DNA of 64,000 bases from contig CAWAMF010000008.1 of the NCBI GenBank assembly GCA_963783075.1, positions 72,543 through 136,542 of the forward strand, given 5' to 3'. This DNA is from an uncultured Gammaproteobacteria bacterium. Its GTDB lineage: Bacteria; Pseudomonadota; Gammaproteobacteria; Xanthomonadales; Rhodanobacteraceae. The position numbers and the translations under genes are program-made. Below are positions 38,665-49,483 of this stretch, piece after piece. How positions within the stretch are numbered: the stretch's first letter is position 1; each line of letters starts with the position of its first letter. Below the pieces are notes generated by a model that saw only the letters and a list, made by a program, of their open reading frames with translations, was not told where the DNA came from and did not search any database.

Positions 38665-40851
38665 TCAGGCCTTGCTGTTCAGCCCGTTGGCCATCCGGGC
38701 CACCCAGCGATACAGCACAAAGACGATGGCGGCGAAGGCGATGCCACCGATCCACTCGGCGGCACGGGCGAAGCCGGGGCCAACCAGCGCCAGCGGTGCT
38801 TCCAAATTCTTGAAGCCCAGCTTGTCGGCGAATGCCACGATGGCAGCGATCAGCACGCCAACGATGCTCTCTCCCACGATCAGGCCGGAAGCGAGTAGCA
38901 CGCCCAACTGCTTGGTGCTCTCGGGCCTGGGGCCACGATCAGCGCGACGGTCGAAATACCAGCCCACCACCGAACCCACCACCACCATCAGCGTACTCAC
39001 TGTAGGCAGGTAGATGCCCAGACCCACCGCCAGCGGCGGAATGCGCACATGCTTGGTGGTGCGCGCCAAGATCTCGTCTGCCGCAATCACGGCAACACCG
39101 ATCCAGATGCCGGTGATGATCAAGCCCCAGTCGATGTTATTGGTGATGACGCCCTGTGCCAGCGCCGAAATCAGCCCGGCCTGAGGTGCCGGCAGCGCAT
39201 GCGCGCCCGCACCGGGTGCGCCAGCAAAGCCATACGCGTGATTGAGCAGATCGAGCACCGGCGGAATCACCGCCGCGCCAGCGATCACGCCAATGACCAA
39301 GGCCACCTGCTGACGCCACGGCGTAGCGTCCACTAACTGGCCGGTTTTTAGATCCTGCAGGTTGTTGTTGGCAATGGCCGCCACGGTGAACACCACCGAG
39401 GTGATGAACAGCGCGAAGGCCACCAGCGCCTTGCCCGCCTCCGGATCGACATACGGCTTGACGAAGGCCACCAGCAGCAGCGCCGCGGCGATGACGACCA
39501 GAATGCCCACGCCCGACAGCGGGCTATTGGACGAACCGATCAGGCCGGCCATGTAGCCGCACACGGTAGACACGAAGAAGCCCATCAGCACCACAAAGGC
39601 GACGCCGCCGACGGCCAATACCATCAGGTGGTCGCCCAGGCCGCTGATCGAGCCGAAGTAGCCGAGCAGCCAGGCGATCGGCACGAAGCACGCCAGCGTG
39701 ATCAGGCCCACGATGCCGATCGGAATGTCCTGCTCGGTGCGCGGCAGGCTATCGGCCTTGCCGGCCTTGCGCACGCGCGAAGCGGCCATAGCCGAGCTGA
39801 GGCCGCTGATCACGGGCTTCACCAGCTTGGCCAGCGTCCAGATTGCCGAGACACCAATCGCGCCGGCGCCGACAAAACGCACCTTGTGGCTCCAGGTAGC
39901 CTGGGCCAAGTCAGCCACCGCGCCGGAAGCCTGCGCCAGCAACGAATAATGCGGCACGCCCCAGCCCCAGCCGATCACTGCGCCGATCAGCATCGCGATA
40001 CCCACCGACAGGCCCACCAGGTGGCCGATGGCGAACAGCGCGAACGAAAGATTGAAATCGAAACCGCTCACCGCGCCCTTGTCGCCGACGCGGAAGTACT
40101 GCACCACGTCGGCCGCAAACACCTGGGTGGCTACTACCACGGCGAACACCGCCGAGACGATCGAGCCCCACAGCACGGCCAGCAGGCCGGCCTTGCCTTC
40201 CTCGACGCTGCCCGCGTTCTCGTCGTCACCGGCACCGACCTTGAGCACTTCGGCGCAGGCCAGGCCTTCGGGATACGGCAGGTCAGAATTAGTCACCAGC
40301 GCGCGGCGCAGCGGGATGGAATACATCACGCCCAGGATGCCGCCCAGTGCGCACACCGCAAACGAGGTCCAGAACGGAAACCCGGTCCACCAGCCGATCA
40401 TGATCATGCCGGGCAGCACGAAGATGATTGACGACAACGTGCCGGCCGCCGAGGCGATCGTCTGCACGATGTTGTTTTCCTGGATGGTCGAGTCCTTGAA
40501 CCCGCGCAGCAGGGCCATGGAGATCACCGCCGCCGGAATCGAGGTGGCGAAGGTGAGGCCTGCCTTGAGGCCAAAGAAGACGTTGGCCGCGGTGAATACC
40601 ACCGTGATCACCACGCCGAGGATAAGACCGCGAATGGTCAGCTCTTTGCGCGACTCTGCGCTGGGATGGTTGCCGCTCACGAGTGCATGCCCGTCATGAT
40701 GGTGGTTCCCCTGGTGGCCGCCCGAGGGCGACGTGAATGCCGTGGCCGCCGCTGCCGGCGGACCAGCGCGTAGGTTTGCCACATTTGGGGAATGACGCAA
40801 GGCTTTTAGTTCGCTCTCCCCGCAGGGGAGAGGGTTGGGGTGAGGGGGCAA
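38665..40851 (-). CDS. OPT family oligopeptide transporter
   Basis: This is a large polytopic ORF (...ELTIRGLILGVVITVVFTAANVFFGLKAGLTF...). The ORF-track start is a TTG inside a family B repeat, and no in-frame ATG lies upstream of the first TM. The true start is therefore uncertain; GTG near 40780 is one candidate. Confidence 0.85.
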   Translation of the reverse strand: MPPHPNPLPCGESELKALRHSPNVANLRAGPPAAAATAFTSPSGGHQGNHHHDGHALVSGNHPSAESRKELTIRGLILGVVITVVFTAANVFFGLKAGLTFATSIPAAVISMALLRGFKDSTIQENNIVQTIASAAGTLSSIIFVLPGMIMIGWWTGFPFWTSFAVCALGGILGVMYSIPLRRALVTNSDLPYPEGLACAEVLKVGAGDDENAGSVEEGKAGLLAVLWGSIVSAVFAVVVATQVFAADVVQYFRVGDKGAVSGFDFNLSFALFAIGHLVGLSVGIAMLIGAVIGWGWGVPHYSLLAQASGAVADLAQATWSHKVRFVGAGAIGVSAIWTLAKLVKPVISGLSSAMAASRVRKAGKADSLPRTEQDIPIGIVGLITLACFVPIAWLLGYFGSISGLGDHLMVLAVGGVAFVVLMGFFVSTVCGYMAGLIGSSNSPLSGVGILVVIAAALLLVAFVKPYVDPEAGKALVAFALFITSVVFTVAAIANNNLQDLKTGQLVDATPWRQQVALVIGVIAGAAVIPPVLDLLNHAYGFAGAPGAGAHALPAPQAGLISALAQGVITNNIDWGLIITGIWIGVAVIAADEILARTTKHVRIPPLAVGLGIYLPTVSTLMVVVGSVVGWYFDRRADRGPRPESTKQLGVLLASGLIVGESIVGVLIAAIVAFADKLGFKNLEAPLALVGPGFARAAEWIGGIAFAAIVFVLYRWVARMANGLNSKA

Positions 40852-40945
40852 CCTAGCGACAACGCTGAATAGAAGCTCGCTCTGGGAAGCCTTGCCGCGA
40901 GCACCCGCCCCTCACCTCAGTCCTCTCCCTGACGGGGAGAGGAAG
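40813..40945. repeat. Family B palindromic repeat pair
   Basis: ctctccccgcaggggagagggttggggtgaggggg ... cgcccctcacctcagtcctctccctgacggggagagg. Confidence 0.7.
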
Positions 40946-40956
40946 TAAAAGGCGGG

Positions 40957-41496
40957 CTACTCGTCCGCCCCCGGGTCCATCCCCGGGAACAGCACCTCGG
41001 TATAGCCAAACTTGCTGAAGTCGGTGATACGCGATGGATACAGGCGGCCGATCAAATGGTCGCACTCGTGCTGCACCACGCGCGCGTGAAAGCCATCGGC
41101 ATTGCGGTCGATGCGCTCACCCTTGGGGTCCAACCCCTGGTAACGGATCAGCGTGTAACGGCTCACCGCCCCGCGCAGGCCAGGCACCGAAAGGCAACCT
41201 TCCCAGCCTTCCTCCATGTCCTGCGACAGTGGCGTAATGAGCGGGTTGAGCAAAATGGTGCGCGGCACGGCTGGCGCATCGGGGTAACGCTCGGAGCTGT
41301 CGAAGCCGAAGATCACCAGCTGAAGGTCCACGCCGATCTGCGGCGCGGCCAGGCCGACACCACCGGCATCATGCATGGTGTCGAACATGTCGGCGATCAG
41401 CGCGTCGAGATCGGCGCTGCCGATCATGGCGTCGGGCACCGGCGGCGCGACGCGCAGCAGGCGCGGGTCGCCCATCTTGAGGATCTCGCGAATCAT
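40957..41496 (-). CDS. def: Peptide deformylase
   Basis: The preferred start is ATG 41496 ([14 protein letters not shown]...). The three signature motifs [18 protein letters not shown] and HECDHL are present. Confidence 0.9.
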   Translation of the reverse strand: MIREILKMGDPRLLRVAPPVPDAMIGSADLDALIADMFDTMHDAGGVGLAAPQIGVDLQLVIFGFDSSERYPDAPAVPRTILLNPLITPLSQDMEEGWEGCLSVPGLRGAVSRYTLIRYQGLDPKGERIDRNADGFHARVVQHECDHLIGRLYPSRITDFSKFGYTEVLFPGMDPGADE

Positions 41497-41699
41497 GGAA
41501 AGCCTCGCTTCATGGCTTGTTCGCCACCCACCGTACACCCGTGTGGCCGAACCGCTAGTTTACGCACCGATCATGACGCAGGTGCACATGGCTCATTTGG
41601 CCATTCGACCAATAGCTAATATTTACGAGCGCACAATGGCATTGACCCCCGGCGCAACCGGGACGACCCTTGCGTGGGACTGCCAAGGAGCCATCACCC

Positions 41700-43778
41700 A
41701 TGTCTACCGCCGCTGCCGTTAAACCCAGTCCCGCGGGCAAGATCCTGTGGGTAGTCATCGCCATCGTCGGCGCCTGGTGCCTGGGCGTGGTGGCCCTGCG
41801 TCGCGGCGAACCGATCAATGCGATATGGCTGGTTGCCGCGTCCATCGCGGTATTCGTGATTGGCTATCGCTTCTACAGCAAGTTCATCAACGACAAAGTG
41901 CTGTGCATGGACCCGAGCCGGGCCACGCCAGCGGTATTGCGCAATGACGGCCTGGATTACGTGCCTACCGACAAATGGGTGGTGTTCGGTCACCACTTCG
42001 CTGCCATTGCCGGCGCTGGTCCGCTGGTTGGGCCTGTGCTGGCCGCGCAGATGGGTTACCTGCCGGGCACGCTGTGGATTTTGTTCGGCGTGGTGTTTGC
42101 CGGCGCGGTGCAGGACTTCATGATCCTGGGTCTGTCGGTCCGCCGCGATGGCCGCTCGCTGGGCAACATGCTGCGCGACGAGCTGGGCCCGGTGGCCGGG
42201 GTGGTGGCGATGTTCGGCGTGCTGGTGCTGATGATGATCGTGCTGGCAGTGCTGGCGCTGGTGGTGGTCAAGGCGCTTACGCATAGTCCCTGGGGCACCT
42301 TCACCGTGGCCTGCACCATTCCCATCGCCCTGCTGATGGGCGTCTACCTGCGCTGGGTGCGCCCGGGCAAGATTCTCGAAGTGTCGATTGTCGGCCTGGT
42401 GCTGTTGCTCTTTTCGATCTGGTTCGGCGCGCATGTGGCCGCCTCGCCGACATGGGCGGGCGTATTCGACTTCGACGCCAAGGCACTCGCCTGGCTGCTG
42501 ATCGCCTACGGCTTCTGCGCTTCCGTGCTGCCGGTGTGGCTGTTGCTGGCGCCGCGCGACTACCTCAGCACGTTCCTGAAGATCGGCACCATCCTGCTGC
42601 TGGCGCTGGCCATCTTCCTGGCTGCGCCCACGCTGCAGATGCCGGCCGTGACCAAGTTCATCGACGGCACCGGCCCGGTGTTCCAGGGCAACCTGTTCCC
42701 GTTCCTGTTCATCACGATTGCCTGCGGTGCGGTATCAGGCTGGCATTCGATCATTGCCTCGGGCACTACGCCCAAGCTGATCAGCAATGAGGGGGAGGCG
42801 CGCATGATCGGCTATGGCGGCATGCTGATGGAGGCTTTCGTGGCCATCATGGCGCTGATTGCCGCCTCGTCGCTGCACCCCGGCGTGTACTTCGCGATGA
42901 ACTCGCCCGCTGCACTGATCGGCACGACCGCGGAACAGGCCGCCACTACCATCAGCCAGTGGGGCTTCGTGGTGACGCCGGACGACCTGCTTACCACCGC
43001 CAAGAACATTGGCGAGCACAGTGTGCTCAGCCGTGCTGGCGGTGCGCCGACGTTGGCAGTGGGCATGGCCCAGTTGCTGCACGGGATCATTCCCGGCGAA
43101 GGCATGATGGCCTTCTGGTACCACTACGCGATTCTGTTCGAAGCGCTGTTCATCCTCACCACGGTGGATGCCGGCACGCGCGTCGGCCGCTTCATGATCC
43201 AGGAAATTGCCGGCCTGGTTTACAAGCCGCTGCAACACACCGAATCGTGGACCGGGAACCTGCTCGCCACCGCCATTTGCGTAGCCCTGTGGGGATACTT
43301 CCTGTATCAGGGCGCGGTCGATCCGCTGGGCGGCATCAACACGCTATGGCCGCTGTTTGGCATCGCCAACCAGATGCTCGCTGCCGTCGCGTTGATGCTG
43401 GCCACCGTGGTCACGGTGAAACTCAAGCGCGAGCGCTATGTGCTGGTACCGGGCATACCGGCGATCTGGCTGGTGGTGTGCACGCTTACCGCGGGCTGGG
43501 AAAAAGTCAGCGGCCCAATCAGCTTCACCGCCGCCGCGCAGAAGTACGCCCAGGCGCTGGCCGACGGCAAGCTGCTCGCCCCGGCCAAGTCCGCCGAGGA
43601 GATGCAGCGCATCATCACCAACAACTATGTCGACGCCGCACTGACCGGCATCTTCATCCTGTTGATCCTCACCATGCTCGGCTTCGCGATCAACGCGATT
43701 CTCAAGGCATGGCGCATCAACCACCCGACCGCGCACGAGGAACCGTACGTGGCACTGGGAAGCGTGCCCACCCGTTGA
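41700..43778 (+). CDS. cstA: Carbon starvation protein A (peptide/pyruvate transporter family)
   Basis: ATG 41700 is preceded by AAGGAG. The 692-aa polytopic protein has the typical CstA N-terminus (...INAIWLVAASIAVFVIGYRFYSKFI...FGHHFAAIAGAGPLVGPVLAAQ). Confidence 0.95.
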   Translation: MSTAAAVKPSPAGKILWVVIAIVGAWCLGVVALRRGEPINAIWLVAASIAVFVIGYRFYSKFINDKVLCMDPSRATPAVLRNDGLDYVPTDKWVVFGHHFAAIAGAGPLVGPVLAAQMGYLPGTLWILFGVVFAGAVQDFMILGLSVRRDGRSLGNMLRDELGPVAGVVAMFGVLVLMMIVLAVLALVVVKALTHSPWGTFTVACTIPIALLMGVYLRWVRPGKILEVSIVGLVLLLFSIWFGAHVAASPTWAGVFDFDAKALAWLLIAYGFCASVLPVWLLLAPRDYLSTFLKIGTILLLALAIFLAAPTLQMPAVTKFIDGTGPVFQGNLFPFLFITIACGAVSGWHSIIASGTTPKLISNEGEARMIGYGGMLMEAFVAIMALIAASSLHPGVYFAMNSPAALIGTTAEQAATTISQWGFVVTPDDLLTTAKNIGEHSVLSRAGGAPTLAVGMAQLLHGIIPGEGMMAFWYHYAILFEALFILTTVDAGTRVGRFMIQEIAGLVYKPLQHTESWTGNLLATAICVALWGYFLYQGAVDPLGGINTLWPLFGIANQMLAAVALMLATVVTVKLKRERYVLVPGIPAIWLVVCTLTAGWEKVSGPISFTAAAQKYAQALADGKLLAPAKSAEEMQRIITNNYVDAALTGIFILLILTMLGFAINAILKAWRINHPTAHEEPYVALGSVPTR

Positions 43779-43788
43779 GGCTGCGATC

Positions 43789-43983
43789 ATGAAAGCGAAC
43801 CTGCAAGCGTTCCGGAAATGGGCGGTGCAAACCGCCCGCCTCTGCTGCGGCGTACCGGACTACGACGTCTACGTGAAGCACCTGCGTGAACACCATCCGG
43901 ACCGCCCGGTGCCCAGCTACAAGGAATTTTTCCGCGAGCGTCAGATCGCCCGTTACAAAGGAACTGGTGGCCGCTGCTGCTGA
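43789..43983 (+). CDS. YbdD/YjiX family small protein (CstA-associated)
   Basis: The 64-aa protein ...LCCGVPDYDVYVKHLREHHPDRPVPSYKEFFRERQIARYKGTGGRCC starts 10 nt after cstA. Confidence 0.85.
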   Translation: MKANLQAFRKWAVQTARLCCGVPDYDVYVKHLREHHPDRPVPSYKEFFRERQIARYKGTGGRCC

Positions 43984-44126
43984 CTCGGCACCGGGTTCCA
44001 TCAGGCCATGTCCCGCAGGGGGCGTGGCCTTTCTTATGGCCGTTCGTCACGGCATGCTGGGCTTTGAGCCCCATTGCCCTCATTATCGTCCGGCACGCAT
44101 GCACCGCCTGCGCCACACGTTTCACT

Positions 44127-44642
44127 ATGACTGAACACCATCTCACCAAGCCCACTTCCGAAGTCGAAGCGCAGCACAGCATCGGCTTGCGCATCATCGC
44201 CATCTACAAGGCGATCAAGACTGTATGCCTGGTCCTGGTGGCGGCCTTTGCCTTTCACCTGGATCGCGAGCAGAACTTCGAGAAACTGGTGCACTGGCTG
44301 GAACATCTCTCCCTGACCGACAGCAACGGCCTGCGCTGGCGCCTGGTTCAGGTGCTCGAGGAATGGGGCCCGAGCAAGTTCGTTGCCATCGGACTGGTCG
44401 CGCTGGCCTATGCGGCCATTTTCGCGACCGAGGGTACCGGGCTGTGGCTGCGCAAGCACTGGGCCGAATGGTTCACGGTCATCGCCACCGGCTCGCTGAT
44501 TCCCCTGGAGTTCTACGAGACGCTACACCGCTTCACCTGGCTGAAGCTGGGGGCGTTGGTCGCCAATGTCGCCATCGTGGTGTATCTGGTAAGGATTGCG
44601 ATGCAGCCGAGGCCGGCGAAGGTTCGCGCTCCTAAGGGGTGA
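44127..44642 (+). CDS. DUF2127 family membrane protein
   Basis: The preferred start is ATG 44127. The segment ...LRIIAIYKAIKTVCLVLVAAFAF...GLVALAYAAIFATEGTGLWLRKHWAEWFTVI... is recalled as DUF2127-like. Confidence 0.7.
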   Translation: MTEHHLTKPTSEVEAQHSIGLRIIAIYKAIKTVCLVLVAAFAFHLDREQNFEKLVHWLEHLSLTDSNGLRWRLVQVLEEWGPSKFVAIGLVALAYAAIFATEGTGLWLRKHWAEWFTVIATGSLIPLEFYETLHRFTWLKLGALVANVAIVVYLVRIAMQPRPAKVRAPKG

Positions 44643-44767
44643 GGGTGGTTTTGCTCGCCATTTGTGGGCGGGAGATGCGCCCAACGGCGAAGCAAGCCCA
44701 GTGCCTTATCGCTGAGTTGTCGCGTTATCGCCAGCGTGCTCGCCTGCGGCGGGCTTCCGACAGCCGG

Positions 44768-44801
44768 GTTACTTTTCTCTGCGTGGCCAGAGAAAAGTAA
44801 C
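44768..44801. repeat. Family C short hairpin (GTTACTTTTCTCT...AGAGAAAAGTAAC)
   Basis: gttacttttctct-gcgtggcc-agagaaaagtaac is a perfect 13-bp stem. The same termini flank the long family C copies at 7907-8025 and 45995-46100. Confidence 0.6.
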
Positions 44802-44846
44802 GGCGGTTTCTAAACTCAAGTGCATCACCTGAGCGAAGGAACCCCG

Positions 44847-45716
44847 ATGGGCCAGCACTACGACCAGCTGAGCGCCGAAGAGCGCGGCACGATCATGGCG
44901 ATGAAACTGGGTCACGCCAGTGGCCGGGCGATTGCGCGGACGCTGGGCCGTTCGCCCAGCACGATTGCCCGGGAACTGTGCCGCAACGGTTATCAACCAC
45001 CGCAGGCGTGCGGCCCGCTGGGCCGTCCACGGATTGCCGGTGGCTACGACGCCCGTCGCGCGGGTCAACGGGCGCGGCGCCTGCAGCGCAAGCGGCGGGT
45101 GACACGCAAGCTGCACCGCGAGGGCGGGCTATGGCGCGATGTGCACTCGCGCTTGCAGCTGCGCTGGGCCCCCGAGCAGATCGCCCGCACACTCAAGGAA
45201 CGTTATCCCGATCAGGCCGCTTGCCGCGTGTCGCACGAAACCATCTACACCGCGATCTACGCCATGCCCCGGGGCGAACTGCGGCGCAAAGTCATTGCGC
45301 TGTTGCGCCAGGCCCGCGGGGTTCGTCGGCGTACGCGGACCGGTCCGGAGACCCGCGGCAAGCTGCCGGACCTGCCGAGCATCCACCTTCGCCCGCCGGA
45401 GGCGAACGAACGCTTGCTGCCGGGCCACTGGGAAGGCGACTTAATCATGGGCGCCTACAACCGCTCGGCAGTGGGCACCCTGGTCTGCCGCTACAGCCTG
45501 TTCGTGATGCTGGTGAAGGTGGAGGACACCACCGCCCATGGGGTGCTGGAGGGTTACTGGCGCACCTTCACGCCGTTGCCGGAGGAGTTGCGTAAGACGC
45601 TGACCTACGATCAGGGCAAGGAAATGGCTTTGCACCGCAAGCTCAGCGAACTGACCGACTTGGCGATCTACTTTGCCGACCCGCACAGCCCGTGGCGCTG
45701 CATTGCTCTTCTGTAG
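44847..45716 (+). mobile_element. IS30 family transposase gene, 3'-truncated remnant
   Basis: It has the N-terminal HTH (LSAEERGTIMAMKLGHASGRAIARTLGRSPSTIAREL), the DDE region HWEGDLI ... LTYDQGKEM, and ends at ...YFADPHSPW. The expected continuation with the catalytic Glu is missing. The frame runs into a REP unit that supplies the TAG stop. Confidence 0.8.
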
Positions 45717-45794
45717 GAGCGCACCCTGTGCGCGACCAACCTACACAGCGGGAACGACCTATCTCCGCGGTCGCGCACAGGGTGCGCTCCTACA
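45712..45794. repeat. REP doublet, family A
   Basis: tgtaggagcgcaccctgtgcgcgac (45712-45736) and gtcgcgcacagggtgcgctcctaca (45770-45794) are separated by a 33-nt spacer. Confidence 0.85.
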
Positions 45795-45982
45795 GGGCTG
45801 CGTTTGCTCGTCCGCCTTTCTGGCCCCCTATGGCGCGGCGGGTGGGTGGAGGAAAAGCCCGCAGGGTGGCTCGCGGGGATGCGAGCCAGTTTGGCGTCAG
45901 GGCATGGATGCCCCGTCGTCAAACCTCCGTAACCCGCACGCGCACCTGGAGGGCGTTAGCCCGCAAGGCGCGCCATCGGGGT

Positions 45983-46164
45983 GGCCTTTCTCTTGGTTAC
46001 TTCTCTTTACTCCGGGCATCCTGCCCTCCGCCCTTCGGGCCGGCTTCGCCGTTCGCGCGCGCTCCCGCGCGTGCGTGGCCACGCAAAGAGAAGTGACCCG
46101 GGCCGCGGCAGCGGCTCGGAAACCCGCCGCAGGCGAGCCAGGTCGCGATACCACGACAATCGAG
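45983..46164. repeat. Family C long repeat (~180 nt)
   Basis: ggcctttctcttggttacttctctttactccgggcatcctgccctccgcccttcgggccggcttcgccgttcgcgcgcgctcccgcgcgtgcgtggccacgcaaagagaagtgacc... is colinear with the reverse complement of 7849-8035. By eye about four fifths of positions are identical. Confidence 0.7.
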
Positions 46165-46297
46165 GGAACCGTCGCCGACTCCCTACCCACAAAGGGTAGA
46201 CGACCCAAAGCCCCACCCTGAAACCCGTCAAAACACCCCCACCTAGGACAAGGTAAACTTGGTCGTTTCCGTCACTGCGTACGAGCTTCGAATCCCG

Positions 46298-48067
<1,770 letters not shown>

Positions 48068-48091
48068 CATCGGCATCACAGGGAGAGTTAC

Positions 48092-48649
48092 ATGCTTCGT
48101 CTACAGATCCATCTGACCCTGCCGCCCTGGATTGGCGACGTGGTTGATTCCAGCAAGCGTTACGTCACCGACGAGGACCGCGTGGGTCTGGCCATCGAAC
48201 TGTCGCGCCACAACGTTGAGCATGCCCACGGCGGACCGTTCGGTGCGGCCGTGTTCAATGCCGAGGGCCGGCTGGTGTCGGTGGGCGTCAATCGCGTGGT
48301 TCCGCAGACCTGTTCGGTGGCGCATGCGGAAATGATGGCGTACATGAGCGCCCAGCAACGCCTGGCGAGTTTCCGTATCAACGAGGACGGTGGACGTTAC
48401 ACGCTCGCCACCAGCGCCCAGCCGTGCTGCCAGTGCTATGGCGCCACCGTGTGGGCGGGCGTCGATGAACTGCTGATTGGCGCACGCGCCGAGGATGTGG
48501 AAGAGCTGACCGAATTCGACGAGGGTCCGTTGCCCGCCGACTGGGTGGGCGAACTCGAGCGCCGCGGCATTGCCGTGCGTCGCGACATCCTGCGCGAGCA
48601 GGCACGCGGCGTGCTGGCTAGCTACGGCCAGAGCGGGCAGCACTATTGA
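48092..48649 (+). CDS. Nucleoside/nucleotide deaminase (CMP/dCMP-type zinc-binding domain)
   Basis: ATG 48092 is preceded by GGGAGAG. The zinc motifs HAEMMA and PCCQCYG are present. Confidence 0.85.
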   Translation: MLRLQIHLTLPPWIGDVVDSSKRYVTDEDRVGLAIELSRHNVEHAHGGPFGAAVFNAEGRLVSVGVNRVVPQTCSVAHAEMMAYMSAQQRLASFRINEDGGRYTLATSAQPCCQCYGATVWAGVDELLIGARAEDVEELTEFDEGPLPADWVGELERRGIAVRRDILREQARGVLASYGQSGQHY

Positions 48650-49389
48650 GCCGCCTGCGCGCCGCGTTGCCGCTGATCCTGCTGGTTATCGCCGGCATCG
48701 TGCTGTTCAGCTCCGGCGTGCTCGATCGACTGCATCCGGAGCAGTTGGTCACCCATCAGACGCAATTGCGCGCCAATATCGCGGACGCGCCGTGGCTAAG
48801 TCGTATCGCCTATATCGGCCTGCTCACCCTGGCCATGTCCACCGGTATCCCGGGGACAGTGATCATCATCATGGCGGGTGGATTCGCCTTTGGTGCGGTG
48901 GAAGGAAGCATCTATTCCTCCATCGGGCTGACCATGGGCACGCTCATCCTGTTTCTCGCCAGCCGCTACGCGTTTGGCGCTGGTAGCAAGCATCCGCCCG
49001 CGCTGGTGGACAAACTGCACCACGGCTTCGAGCGACACCCGACGGCCTACACCATGTTCTTGCGGTTTGTGCCGGTGGCGCCGTTTGGGCTGGTTACCGT
49101 CGCGCTGGCCTGGCTGCGCTGCCCGTTGTGGCTGTTCATGGGAGCCAGCTGGCTGGGGGGCACCGTCTCCCTGATCTTCGAGACGTCCATTGGCGCCGGC
49201 CTGGGCGAGGCCCTGGCCCGCAGTCACGGGCACTTTGGCCTTTCCCTGCTGATGCAGCGGGCCGTGTGGCTGCCACTGGCGGCGATCGCCGTGCTGGCCC
49301 TGCTGCCCCTGCTAGCTGAGCGGTTCAGTCGCCGCCTACGTGAGGCCGCACATCGGGATCATCCAAATCCCAGGAAGCCGCAAGACTAA
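48646..49389 (+). CDS. TVP38/TMEM64 (DedA-related, SNARE-associated) family membrane protein
   Basis: The TTG start overlaps the deaminase stop. The segment ...GIPGTVIIIMAGGFAFGAVEGSIYSSIGLTMGTLILFLASRY... is typical of the family. Confidence 0.75.
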   Translation: MSRLRAALPLILLVIAGIVLFSSGVLDRLHPEQLVTHQTQLRANIADAPWLSRIAYIGLLTLAMSTGIPGTVIIIMAGGFAFGAVEGSIYSSIGLTMGTLILFLASRYAFGAGSKHPPALVDKLHHGFERHPTAYTMFLRFVPVAPFGLVTVALAWLRCPLWLFMGASWLGGTVSLIFETSIGAGLGEALARSHGHFGLSLLMQRAVWLPLAAIAVLALLPLLAERFSRRLREAAHRDHPNPRKPQD

Positions 49390-49483
49390 GGACTCGGCCA
49401 ATGAGCCAGCTGCCCCTACCCCGCGAATCGCGCTAGGCTGACCCGCAGCCCGGCGCGCGGAGCGTCGGATGGGGTGACGGCCA

